Shown here piece by piece: positions 1 to 12,335 of a stretch of DNA of 64,000 bases. The position numbers and the translations under genes were made by a program. This DNA comes from Rhizophagus irregularis. Lineage: Eukaryota. Under the pieces are notes generated by a model, which had not been told where the DNA came from, did no database searches, and worked only from the letters and a program-made list of their open reading frames with translations. Each line of letters begins with the position of its first letter. Position 1 is the first letter of the stretch. The stretch lies in NCBI RefSeq assembly GCF_026210795.1, contig NC_089435.1, forward strand, positions 2,356,001 to 2,420,000, read 5' to 3'.

Positions 1-405
1 ATTCTATTCTCCTTAAGGACTAAGAGACTAATTAATATTAAATCTAATTTTTTTTGGTAAAATAAAATGAAGTAATTTTTTTTTTACTTATTTATTTTAC
101 TTTTTAAAATTCGACAATAGAAGTTCCCATTATGAATGATAACTAATTTTTAATTTTTTTTTTTTTACGTAATCGTTGATTTGTTAAATTATTTGCACTT
201 TTCAAAATTGTGCTACCCCCTATAGATCATATAATAAAAAAATTATTAGATTACAGGACGATTACCGTGACAAATCGGACAATGCTGTCCTGTAATCGTC
301 CTGTAATCGTCCTGCAATCATAATCACTCAATAATCACAACGTACACAGAATTCTGAAAACTGCGATAAATTAATAATTCGACCCGAATTATATCACTTT
401 CGGGG

Positions 406-758
406 TAGGGATTGGAATCGACTATCGAATCTTTGTAGATTCGATTTTTTGTTCCTTAAAAGATAATCCATTTTAAGCTTTAATAATTATTCCATGATCA
501 GTAAATATATAAATTCTGAATTAAAATTGTAAAATCTATTAAGAAATTATATATCGTTACTAACACCCATCGTTGCCGATCATTTGCCGATCATTTGCCG
601 ATCATTTTGTCATTTTTGAATTTTTATCGATCAATTTTCTTTTTTGAAAATATTTTAAATCATGCATTTAATCTTTGAATGCAATGTTGAATTAATTAAT
701 TTCAATTTTCTCTTCAAATGAGATTCGATTTTGATTCGATTATCGATTCTAATCCCTA
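406..758. mobile_element. hAT-type MITE (353 bp)
   Basis: TIR TAGGGATTGGAATCGA / TCGATTCTAATCCCTA (1 mismatch); 8-bp TSD TTTCGGGG at 398-405 and 759-766; subterminal TCGA repeats. Confidence 0.9.
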
Positions 759-3112
759 TTTCGGGGTCCTATAACAACCTAGTGATATATTCTTTAAGTT
801 TTATAAGATGTATTTCTCAATTTATTTATGCAATAGAATTTGGGAGACATGATATCACACAAAAAAGAAATGATTGCCCAGGCTTAAAAACCGACTAATT
901 ATAATTTTATGATTAAGGTTATAAATACTGTGTTTAATCCTGAAAAAAACATGGAATATAAACACTAACATAGGAATTTGATGCTTGTATAACGATAATA
1001 ATAATAATTATATTAATCCCTACACAGTTTAACGTGAAAATTTAGATAATTATAGTTGCCGTAGCACCAGGATAAAGATTTTCTATCTTTTTTTTTTCAC
1101 AATTTCAAAATTCTTTTAAATTTTGGCTGTGGATGTCACGGGCAATGCAGGAACGTCACAGTCGTCACACCTACTTTACGATCGATTGCATAGTAAAAAC
1201 GTAGAATTCCAAAATTTTATGATATATCACTTTTTTTTTAAAAAGAAAAAAAAATATCAACCCCCAAAAAAAATAAATAAATAATTTATCTGAATTTAGT
1301 CTTATTGCCCATTTTTCTTTGATAAGTTGCTTAATTTAGATTGGTCTTTTTTTTCTTTATTTTTTTATCAAAACAGATGACCAATTTTGAATCGTCAACA
1401 TGCATCGGAGTTTCCAGTAATGCAGCTTTTTTAAAAAAACTTTATTAATTTAATGTCATTTGGAACCTTCTGGAATCAAGTAAAATGAATTATCAATAAA
1501 ATTATGAAAGTTTCTTTGAAGTCTTTTGTGTCGAGTAATTCATTGTAAAATTTTATAAAAATCATACGATACATTATACATTTATTTATTTACTTGTTTC
1601 ACTTTCACATATGTTTACGCCATTTGAAATTATTTATTTAATTGTTATATATATTGATTTAAAAATTTAAAATAAACAACTTATTTTTATAATAAAGAAA
1701 CAAAAATAGTTATTTTTAATCCATTCCTTTTACAAATTAACGCCTTTGATAATCCTATTGTTCTTTGCATTCTTTGTGTAATTCCTTTTAAAGGTCTGGA
1801 ACAAATCTATAGAACGTCTTTACCATTCTTCGTTTTGAAACAAAAAAGGAAATCTGACGTTATCTGACTTTGGCCAAAGTTATGAAAATTATGCAAATTT
1901 ACTCTATGGGTGATTGATCATCTTAAACTCTTTATACAGTACATTAGCCATTCGCATTTACAGATCAAATTTCTATAATCAGAATCATATGAACACATTT
2001 TTTTTCTCTAATGGTGATATGATTTATTTATTTTGGTTTAATGTATACTTATAATATCAGACAATATAATAGTGATAACAGAAAATATATACGCAAAAAG
2101 ATAGTGCAATTAAGAGTGCAATGAAGAATAATGGTAATTACTATATATTATAAAATTTTGCATTTTCTATTTTTAAAGAAAGGTATTAGGTGTATAGGTG
2201 ATTTTTCTATGTGACACACGTTATTTACTTTTGTTGTAAAATTATGGGCAAAAAAAAAAATTGTAGAGCGTCTTTAAAAAAAATATAACATACTTTTTAT
2301 AGTAATGCAATAACGTGCAAAGTACTAAATTCTTTGAAAAAAAACGAAATCAAAATTAAAGTATACAAGATTTTAATAAACCTCTTAAACTTCTTATCAA
2401 AAGTTAGTAGTATAAATAAGTATAATGCTACGAATCTACGATGTTTACTGCGCATATATTGCAATTCAGCAATTGAATAAAAGGGTCTTGAGTCTTTAAT
2501 ATCGCCATACCCTGCATTAGAAATTATATTATTAAAGATTTGGGTTCATCCCATAAACATCGATTACCTGCTTGATTATATTTTTTTTCTCTTAAGCCTC
2601 AAGAGATACAATTCTTCTGCGCGCATTCTTAAAATACATCACATAAATTGTAATTTTTTTTTTACATTGAACTATTCAAATTTTTATTACTATAACTACA
2701 CAGGCTATAGTTTTTTTTTATAACATTTTATTGAACTTCGCTCGAATTGTACGGAAAAATTAAGAAAAAAAATAAAAACAAAAAATATATATAATGAAAA
2801 TAAACTCTAAACAAGCAAATTGAAATCGAGTCTTTTACATTTGGATAGAATTATTTTAAAATTTATAGCAATGTAAGATTCAAGTTAATTTAATTGTAGA
2901 ATATTGAGGCGCAGAAGTTGCAGTATTAAGTTAGGTTCATATTCGATATTCTTGAAATTGTTGAATGTTATCGTCGCTATTATCAAGAATTTGTAGAGGT
3001 GAGATCGTGAGAAGCTATTTCCAATTTGATCTATTGGCATACTAAGAATAGTCCTGTGTAATTTATTAATTATCGAATATACAGTATGATATAATTAATT
3101 AATTATCAAATA

Positions 3113-4333
3113 CAGTGTGGGACAAAAAAAATGCGAATTTTATTTTTGATCATTAACATTAAATTATAATTAAAAAAACGTGAATTTACTGTATTTTAAA
3201 GCTTAAGATAGCTGATTTTATTAAAAAAAAAATTTAATATTATACACTGTAATACACATTCGCCATTATTACAACATCGTCTAATTAACTTTAAAATATC
3301 GATTAGAACGATTTTTAGAGTATTTTGGCATTTCTCTATCATAAGTTCTTCCAAATAATTAAAATTTTTTTTGGTATTCGCTTCTCCGCCTTACTTTTTG
3401 TGATATCCTATAAATTTCAATAGGGTTTGGGTCGGGGCTATCTCATGGCCACCCTGAAACTTCTAATGAACTTTCTTTTACACTGAGCTTAGAAAAATGA
3501 CTATTATGCATGGTAGTTTTCTTGTTGGAATACCAATGAACGATCACAAAGCATCCAGGAGATCTCAGAAGCACGTGTACAAAAAATTTCTGCATAAATC
3601 TCGATGTTCATAATTTGTCTGAAACAAAATAAACTTGCTTTTCCCTTCACAAACAACCGCTCCACGCCATAATTTCTTATATAATCTTCAGACGTACAAC
3701 AAACTGGTCTTTCCTCTTTATACTAATATTTAACAGTGTTACTCAAGAGTTGCAAGGCTGATTTAAAATTTTCCCATTGATCATAATATTATTTTGTGCC
3801 TACTCTACATGTCTTTGCTTTTTTGCTTCGATTAACATAGATAGGAGTTGCTTTGGGAAGTCTTTTTTACATAACCAACACTTAAAAGATGACTTCTAAT
3901 TGTCCTATATTATACTTTTCACCTGCATTTTTCAATTTTCTTGCTAAAGTTCTTGTAGAAAAGGATGTATCATGCCTTACATATTGACTGAGTGTGTGGA
4001 ATGCACTTGCGGTAATTTTTTTTTAGGTCTTCCATTCCCTCTAGAATACCCAAAAAACTAGTTTTTTTTCGATTTTTTTTATAAATTGTTGATTACATGG
4101 GGGTTGTGTAATTCTTTAATATTATTATATATACCATTATTTCATAAGTCTAATGAGAATTTATTATAGGTTTTTCTTTTTGCGCAAGTCACTGTTTTGG
4201 AATTTCTCACGAAAATAAAGGGCGTTAATGGACGCAAAGACAGTCAAACATAGTCTTACAAATTTAGTTTATTTTTGGCGATGTAGATCATTTTTGTCAC
4301 GTGAACACTTTTCTCTTTTTTTGTCCCACACTG
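3113..4333 (-). mobile_element. Tc1/mariner DNA transposon with decayed transposase
   Basis: 18-bp TIR CAGTGTGGGACAAAAAAA; TA at 3111-3112 and 4334-4335. Minus-strand remnants GNGRPKK, STRTLARKL, IMAWSG, KASLFCFRQIMN, VFQQEN resemble Tc1 transposase; multiple stops and frameshifts. Confidence 0.85.
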
Positions 4334-4779
4334 TATCTAAATATAATTTAATCGATAAAATTATACCCGGTTAAATCGATAAACCAAATCTATGTTTGAT
4401 TAACTAGATCTTCTATATTATTATATATAGTCAAAAGTATAATCAAATATAGTCAAATGGAATTTTTACTATGTATTTAGTAGAAAATTATTTGCATCAA
4501 TTATATAAGCAGTATAATTAATTTGACTTTTTTTATATAAACAGTATTAGCTATATAAATAAGAATTACAATTCAGTCAATTCAGTTATTTGATTAGATA
4601 CATCACCATATCTAATATTAGTTATTTCATGTTCATTGATCCGTGATTATCAATGATATCAACAATTTTTAGATTATATTTGCTTACGGCGTAACTCATA
4701 TAACTATAATTATGTAAACAAAAATAAGCGCGTAATATATATACATCGACTTTTGACATTCGAGTTTAAACATTTTTTT

Positions 4780-4910
4780 TTTTTTGACGTTCTTAATAAT
4801 TTTTAACTTGGAGTTAAAAATATTTTTTTTGACATTCTTAATAATTTTTAACTTGGAGTTAAAATATTTTTTTGACATCCTTAATAACTTTTAAATTGGA
4901 GTTAAAAATG
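4780..4910. repeat. Tandem repeat, about 45-bp unit x3
   Basis: TTGACRTTCTTAATAATTTTTAACTTGGAGTTAAAA repeated three times. Confidence 0.8.
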
Positions 4911-4968
4911 AGTTGTAGCGTAGAGAGTAAGTGTGATATATAATTTATGTGAAAATATAATGTAATCT

Positions 4969-5262
4969 TTGCGAACTCATTTTCACATCATTCCAGGAGA
5001 AAATGTTTATACTGAATATTTTAAGCTCATCCCATATGGGATTTGGTCACTCGATGGTTTTGTGACATATGCTTTTTGCAAAGACATTTATGTTGATAAA
5101 ACTATAGCCCATCAAGAGTTTTATGGGGAGTTGCATTGCATTGGAAATTGTGTGGTTTTGCAAGAAGCTAAACGGGCTAGAGAACTTTTACAGCAAAAAA
5201 AGGTTAGTAGATGTTCTTATGTGAAGTGGGATCAATCTCAATCTCTCCCACGCTATTATTGA
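4969..5262 (+). pseudogene. Probable gene fragment of unknown family
   Basis: 97-codon ORF with protein-like composition (IWSLDGFVTYAF) but no ATG start and no clear continuation. Confidence 0.25.
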
Positions 5263-6025
5263 CCTGGGACCCGATAAAGCAAGTAGGTTAGTTTGTTTCA
5301 CCAGTTTATTTATTTATACAGTATCTCTCAGTATTTGTCTAGTCTGTACAGTCAAAATGGTGGTTTTCTGTTAGCTTCTTCTTGCGCCTTCGTTATGTAT
5401 TCTTTATATATATAAAGAAGCTAACTGCCATTTGATTTTTCACTTTTAATTTGATTCTACTTTCTGGAAAATACTTTTTTACACCTAATATTTTTTTTTT
5501 TTAAAAGTTCGATATAAAAAATCAGATCGACATTGGACACCGATGAAAAAAAAAAGAAACGAATATCCCGAACAAAATATCCCTGAACTGAATTACAAAA
5601 GACAAAGAATCGATTATTATTTTGAGGTTAGTATACTTGAATTTGAAATTTCTCCTTGATAATATAACTAATAATATAAATTTTATAGTCAACAATTATG
5701 ATCAGAATACCGGATTATGATTCCATATATAATACATATTTAATGAACAGTCAAAATTGATGTAAGTGCTTTTAAACTTTGTTTTTTATGAGATTTATTG
5801 AATAAACTAAAATCATTTACAATCAATGTTTTTAGATGGAAAGGACCTTTGGATTCGACCATGTCCAAAAAAAAATATATATACAACCTTGGTGGTCTAG
5901 GGATAATCCAGCAAAATATTAAATTTTCATTTTTTTTTCTGGAACCCCATCTTAAAAGAATAATAGCTCCGACGCTCTGTTCAATAACATTATATTTCCT
6001 TTTTCAATAAAGAAATTATCTCATA

Positions 6026-6088
6026 TAATAATAATAATAATAATAGTAATAACAGTAATAATAATAATAGTAATAATAACAATAGTAT
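6026..6088. repeat. (AAT)n microsatellite, imperfect
   Basis: Run of AAT/AGT/AAC triplets. Confidence 0.85.
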
Positions 6089-6212
6089 TGTTAGAGATTT
6101 CACGAAATTGGTTACATCCGTTACGTAAAAATTTATTATTATTTTTTTTTTAAAAAAAAGGGGTCGTTGTTTTCTAGAATTAGATTGACGAAATTATACA
6201 ACTTAAATTAAC

Positions 6213-6380
6213 ATGTCTGATAAAACTAAACTTAACTCATGGACTAGAGTGGTTATTTGACAATAAATATTAAGCTTTATGAATATGAGGATTTTAATAA
6301 TATTCAAGAAATTGGTTCAAAAGATTTTTGTGCAAATTCGAAGAAAAATCTAAAAAATCCGAAAATATTATGCTTTATAC
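6213..6380 (+). pseudogene. Relic of the N-terminus of a TKL-type protein kinase
   Basis: Translation IKLYEYEDFNNIQEIGSKDF resembles the segment leading into the Gly-rich loop of Glomeromycotina TKL kinases; disrupted and short. Confidence 0.45.
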
Positions 6381-7019
6381 TAGTCGAAAAAGAACAAGAT
6401 TTGACTTAATTATAGCCTAACGTAATAATAATTTATTAGACTAATGATTTATTTAACTTTTAAAAAATTTTTTAATTCTACTCCTAATGTCTATAATCTA
6501 CCCACCAAAATTCACCCTGATTCTCTGAGAGTCACTCTAGTTATACATCCGTCATAATGCTCTTTTTATAAAAATGAAAACTAAATAATGCAACATTTTT
6601 ATTTCATATTACTATCTTATATTAGCGGAAGATCCTGATAATCGTTCACTTCGAGTGACGCATAAAAAAATAAATGTGGTCAGATGATCATTAGTAATAG
6701 GAAATTATATGAGTACAGAATTTTGAACTATGTAAATAAAAACTCTCTCCGTTAAATTTTGTAATTTTATTGTAATTCCGCAGTAAAATTTTTTTTATAT
6801 AATTTTGTAATTTTACATATTATTCATCAATACAAAAGTGACTTCAACAAAAGAAAATATAGAATGGCGCATAAAAACATGAATAGATATGCTTTCATGA
6901 AACTTCATACTAGAATAATAAGCTAAAAGCAACTAATAAAGAGTGGAACGCTATGCTACTTTTTACGTTACGGAAACTTTTGTGTTTTTTTTTCTGCTTC
7001 ACAAAACACTGTATCTTAT

Positions 7020-8190
7020 TTATAAATATATTAACTGACATATTGAAAAATGTTTCAGAAGCTGAGTTAGGAGATATCATTTTGATAATTGAGAAAGATA
7101 AACTGTCATAAAGTCACATAATAATCTTCACGACGAGAGGAAAAGGCCAAACGAGAATATTTGAGGAACTAATCTCCTAAAGGATTGCGTTTGTACCCTC
7201 TATTCAATTCTTACTATTTTAAAACAGTAAACAGTTTGGATTCACGACTGTACCAGGTTTAAGATGTAGTATATGGTAATCGTGAGCTGTAGCGTCCTTT
7301 GTAGGAGAAAAGTACTAGTACGGAAGGGAATAAGACTTGTCACATATGGATTAATGAGGAGTAATTAAACAATCTAGGATCTCATATAGGTGAACAGTAC
7401 TAGAGACGTAGGATTATCTTATTGCCTCTCGAGAATATGTGTGGTCCTTTTTAGATGGAGAATTCAAATTCATCGTGTCCTAGCGGTCCAGTGCAGTTGG
7501 TTGTGCAGAAAATACTTCCTCACGTAACATGTAGCCACAAATCCCACTTTTTGAGGAATAGCAAAAATCTTAGGGAAAAGAATCGAACCACGATGTAGTG
7601 GTTCGTAAGGTGGTCATCATATGACATCCCGTGTCCTGGGGCAATATCAAGAAATTAGCGTAGTAGTTAAGACTTCAATGAAGAAACAAGTTGAGCATCA
7701 AAGTATTCAAACTTTAATATCGTTGAAACTCCCTTTTATTCGGATGATTTCCGGATCATTGGAATTGAAAATTCATAAAGGGCGCCAAAGATTCCAATCA
7801 TCAATGGTGAATGTCGGTGGTTGGCTAATTAAAACCATTTAAACTTTAACCCACCAGGATAAACGGAGAAGCTAATGTTCTTCGACAGTTTCAAGAAATT
7901 AAAAGAGGCCACCAGCACTAGTTGGTCAGAATTATAACTGAGTTCTGAGTAAAGAAAGTAAAAACAGGGAATGGTACTGAAAAGCCAGAAGGAGAGAAAG
8001 GTAAGAAAACAAGTCAATATCCATTTTTAGTAGTGAAGTTTATGTAAATTTTGGAGGCATTTGCAAATTGATTAATTTACTGTAGATGGTAATTTTAATA
8101 AAGGAACGGTGCATCAGGAGTGAGTGTCGCCATAGGAGACGTAATGAAGGGTCCGTAAGTAATTGAGAAAATTTTTAAACACGCTTTAAT
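7020..8190 (-). pseudogene. Decayed gene of unknown family (copy 1)
   Basis: Reverse complement aligns by eye with 45455-47013 and partly with 36030-36640; many stops and frameshifts. Confidence 0.5.
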
Positions 8191-9018
8191 TTTTTTATCT
8201 CATTGCCACGTCACCTGAGTGGTCCGCTAAGGTTAATTGATCTAGAAAGCTTTATTATATAGTCATTGCGATTGAGTACTTACATATTATTCCGAGAACT
8301 ACGCTTAATACAAAGAAAAAAAAAAGAAATTAGCTTTCATCTCAAACAATGATCATATATCCTTTCTCTTAAACTTCAAGGAGTTACAATTTTATTTGAT
8401 TTTTTTTACAAGCCGTATGCGAATAGAAATAGTCTTTTAAAAATATCATTAGTCGTATTTATATTAAGTATTATAATAATTTTTTGGGGAAAAAATCTTT
8501 CAAGATTTATAATAATCAAAATTAAATTTAAATCAAAATAAAATCTTTGCGGTCAAACGTGCAAGTTTATAATTTTTCTTGCTCATTCAGGTTACTCTCA
8601 ATTACAAATTTAAATCTTGGTAAAATATGAATAAGTGTTTATTATATTTGTTTTATGTTGAACTGTTCAAACTTCAGACCATTTTTACAATACTATAAAC
8701 ATTTATATATACGCAATAATTGTTCTTATTTATACAAAAAACTTAGAAAAATAATTAAAAACAACAACATAAAATGAGTTAAATCTTGAACAAAAAAATT
8801 AACGCTAATTCTCTTTTAAAGCTTTTTTCATAGAGAAAAAAAAACGCGATAAAGATCGTTTACTTTACGCTAAAATAAAATTAACAAAATAAAAATGAAT
8901 TATCAATTCCGTCATAGCCTTAACTTTAATTGTTGAAATTTAAAAGTAAATAAAAAGATAATAAACAAATTAACTCTATTTTACCAAAACAATTAAATAT
9001 AATGATGTTTCTTAGTCC

Positions 9019-9540
9019 TTAGTGAGAATTTTGGAATCCTGTAACTTCCATATCTTGCATATCATAAGAAACAGTTCCATCAACTGCTGCGTCATTATTT
9101 GAATATTCTTGGGAAGTAGGTTGGGTAGTTTCGAAGGATTGTTGTTGAATATCATTTTGTTGATAAACATTAGGATGTTGAACTTGTTGCTGAATATGTT
9201 GTTGAATTCGAGGTTGTATATTATAATGATGTGGAAAAAGGTAATCAGGGATATGAGATAGATTAATTCCATTATTCAAGAGTTGAACATTTTCTAACGG
9301 ACTTAATTCAGAATAAGAATAAGTAACACGATAAATACGAGTATCATTTGGTAAATTAAAATAAAACTCAAATTTATTATTATTATGAGGCACACTGTGC
9401 AAGGTATTTAAATTCGTATTAGATACTCCAACATTGTTGATTAAAGTATGTTGGATATTTTCGTTATTATTTCCAATTTGATCAATTGGTAAATTATAAT
9501 AATCTTGTGTATTTTGGTTGTTTGAAATCATGTTAATCAT
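9019..9540 (-). CDS. Asn/Gln-rich hypothetical protein, paralog 1
   Basis: Intact intronless ORF; shares NQNTQDYYNL, IQHTLINNVG, FEFYF.LPND.RIY.VTY and GFQNS with three other ORFs in the window. Confidence 0.8.
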   Translation of the reverse strand: MINMISNNQNTQDYYNLPIDQIGNNNENIQHTLINNVGVSNTNLNTLHSVPHNNNKFEFYFNLPNDTRIYRVTYSYSELSPLENVQLLNNGINLSHIPDYLFPHHYNIQPRIQQHIQQQVQHPNVYQQNDIQQQSFETTQPTSQEYSNNDAAVDGTVSYDMQDMEVTGFQNSH

Positions 9541-11527
9541 AAAAAGAAAATGAATAATAATTTAAAGGTGTATTATTCTTTACTTTAGGCTTTTTTTTTG
9601 ACAAGTATTTTGCACGCTTTTATATCTTTTGTTGAATTTAAGTTGGTAACACAGGTCATCATTTTTGTAGATTAAGTTATGAAACAAAAATCTTTTCATT
9701 ACACAACAAAAAAAGGAAATCTTAATTTGTCAAACGATCATTGTGTAATATTTTAATATTTTTAAAAGGAAATTTGAAATTCTACGGATTTCATTCATTC
9801 ATTTTATATCGGCCGATTGGGAAAATTGGGCCTAAAAATATGATCTAGCCAATTAAAAAGCACCTCATGATAAATGACTTTCTACCCTAATTTTAATTAT
9901 ATGAGACTGCGTCTATCCTATGATCAGCCGAGTTTAAAATAAGCTTTTACGTATCACGAATAGCCAATATATAATTTAACTTTGATTTAACTTTAATCAT
10001 TAGTTTACCGGCTGCTATCTCATGACGGTCTATTTTTAAAAATGTACCCCAAATTTTTAGGGACTTCCGATATGCTCTTTATCGGGTTGGGATCAATGAT
10101 CAACAGTTACTAAATTACACAAAAAAAAATGTAAATACTGACCAATGGTATTCACATTAATTTGTTTGTTATTGGAGTAAAGATGCATCAATGAAATATG
10201 ATGATATAGATATCTAAAATTTAGTTTTACAGAATTTATATTGTTTCATCATTCAATGGTGGCGTCGCTTTATTTATCCGCGTTTACCGAAATGAAAAAC
10301 CTTTTTTTAAAGAAAGAAACTTTTTTTTTCCACAAAAAAAAAATTCTTTTTTAAAAACAAGGTAATTATTTTTGGAAGAATTCAAATCCGTGTACTCCTC
10401 TACAACTTGTTTAATCAAGTTATAGATCCTTTTCGTCCTAATTAAGGACTTCAATTATTAATATATCCTTTAGATACTACATATTTTATCGTAACTTTAT
10501 CATAATGAAACAAAAAAAAATAGTCTGAATAATGGCCGAGACTTTCATGTGTTTGTTTTTGTATTATAATACAGTAATATAAAAAAAACATTATCCTAAT
10601 CAAGCTCTTAAATGATAAACAATGATTTTTTTTAGAACATTTCATGTATATGTCATTGTATTCTTATAAATAAACAAAGAATAATGAATGAATTATTTAA
10701 GCAATCAAGTTATCTAATAATAGTAATTTTTGACTTATTAAAATATACGCTATGTATATGGGAACATATGAAAATTTTTCTAATTATCAGACTATCATGA
10801 CCAATTCTATTATAATAATAACGGAAAAACAGATCCTTTTTTGGGCATTAAGAAGCTTAAATAAAGTTGTGGCAGAGTTGTGGCTTGTATTTTATATAAT
10901 ATGCACATTTATATTACTTATTTGGGTTAAACGTATTGATGTTCTTTATTTTCAATAAAACCTTTTGAGTAATAAATTCAATGAAATTTAATTAATAATT
11001 TTTTTTCATGCGACTGCGTCTAATGAGTGTTATGAGTGTTGATTATTTTGGAAATGAATATAATGCAAATGGTAAATATTGGTAAATACTGGTAATTTGA
11101 TCATCGAATTACTACTAGGTAAACGGAACCCATTGAAGTCCATTGCTTATTATAAATACAGTAATTATATAAAAAAAAGGGAAATAAGCAGGGGTAGTTT
11201 AATTCAGAAGGGAATTATGACGTAAGTTGAAGGAAGGGAAAAGGAAAGAAAATTGCGTTGTTGATCATTTAGTACACAACAATAGAATGTCCTTTGCTAC
11301 GCTCCAATCAATAATAAAATTTGATACAACTTTCAATAGATGAAATACGTATTCCTCAGCTGTATATTTATATTTTGATTTTATGTATATATAAATATAT
11401 ATATATAGTTAAAAAAATGTTTTAGAATAAAAAAAAAATGCCAGATTCTTTTAACATAATAATATATAACACAAATAAAAATATAGCCATATCATTATTA
11501 ACAATTCCTTGCAAAGCAAAAATTTCC

Positions 11528-11665
11528 ATGGAAATAATATCGTGGGTCAAAATAAGGATGGCAATATTATTACAGGTCAAAAAGGACGGCAATAATATCG
11601 CACAACATGGATGGCAATAATATTGCGGGTCACATCGAAAATGGCAATATTATTACGGGTCAAAT
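11528..11665. repeat. Imperfect short tandem repeat (about 5 units)
   Basis: ATGGCAATATTATTRCRGGTCA recurring at about 25-30 bp spacing. Confidence 0.6.
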
Positions 11666-11744
11666 CAGATAATCATCTATTCTGTGTATTATATTTAATA
11701 GGAAAGAATAGAGGTGCAGCCTTATCCCTCCCCATGGGTTATAA

Positions 11745-12033
11745 TAGTGTTTGGAATTATGTAATAGTTATTCGAATAACTCGAGTATATTTGAGTATTC
11801 GAATAAGCATAGTGGTTATTCGAGTATTCATTTAGCCAGATATAGTATAGTTAAAATTCTAATTGGGCATTAAATCCTTAAATTTAACTGAGTTAAAATC
11901 ATAATTCAGGCTAAAAATTATGTAAATCGTTACTATAAAAGGAAATTTAACTTATTCGAATATTATTCGAATACACTTTATAAATTTAAATGAATACTCG
12001 AGTATATTCGAATATATTCGATTCCAAACACTA
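11745..12033. mobile_element. hAT-type MITE nested in the left end of the hAT element
   Basis: 13-bp TIR TAGTGTTTGGAAT; 8-bp TSD GGTTATAA at 11737-11744 and 12034-12041; ATTCGAAT/ACTCGAGT repeats. Confidence 0.92.
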
Positions 12034-12335
12034 GGTTATAACATTGCGTCATGTGTCATATGACATGCATAACGCATGTTACAACTCGTGACGTTTGACA
12101 TAATGCTAGCCAATGCCGTAATTAATGACATTTGACGCAAAGTGTGACGTATGACGCATTGTATTTGACGTAACTTGATAATAAATTGTATCTTATCTCT
12201 ACGAAAATTTTTTAAATGCATGCTTGTGGAGTACAATGCGTTATGCTGATCCCATTTTAATAAATCATAATAAATTCGATAAACGCGAAATTTACTTCCT
12301 TCTTTTGTTTTACGTGTCACAACCTACAACTCATT

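Noticed and set aside
6518..6541. Palindrome followed by CTAG|T (Helitron-like end)
   Set aside because: Weak stem with a 1-nt loop, atypical spacing and no 5' end
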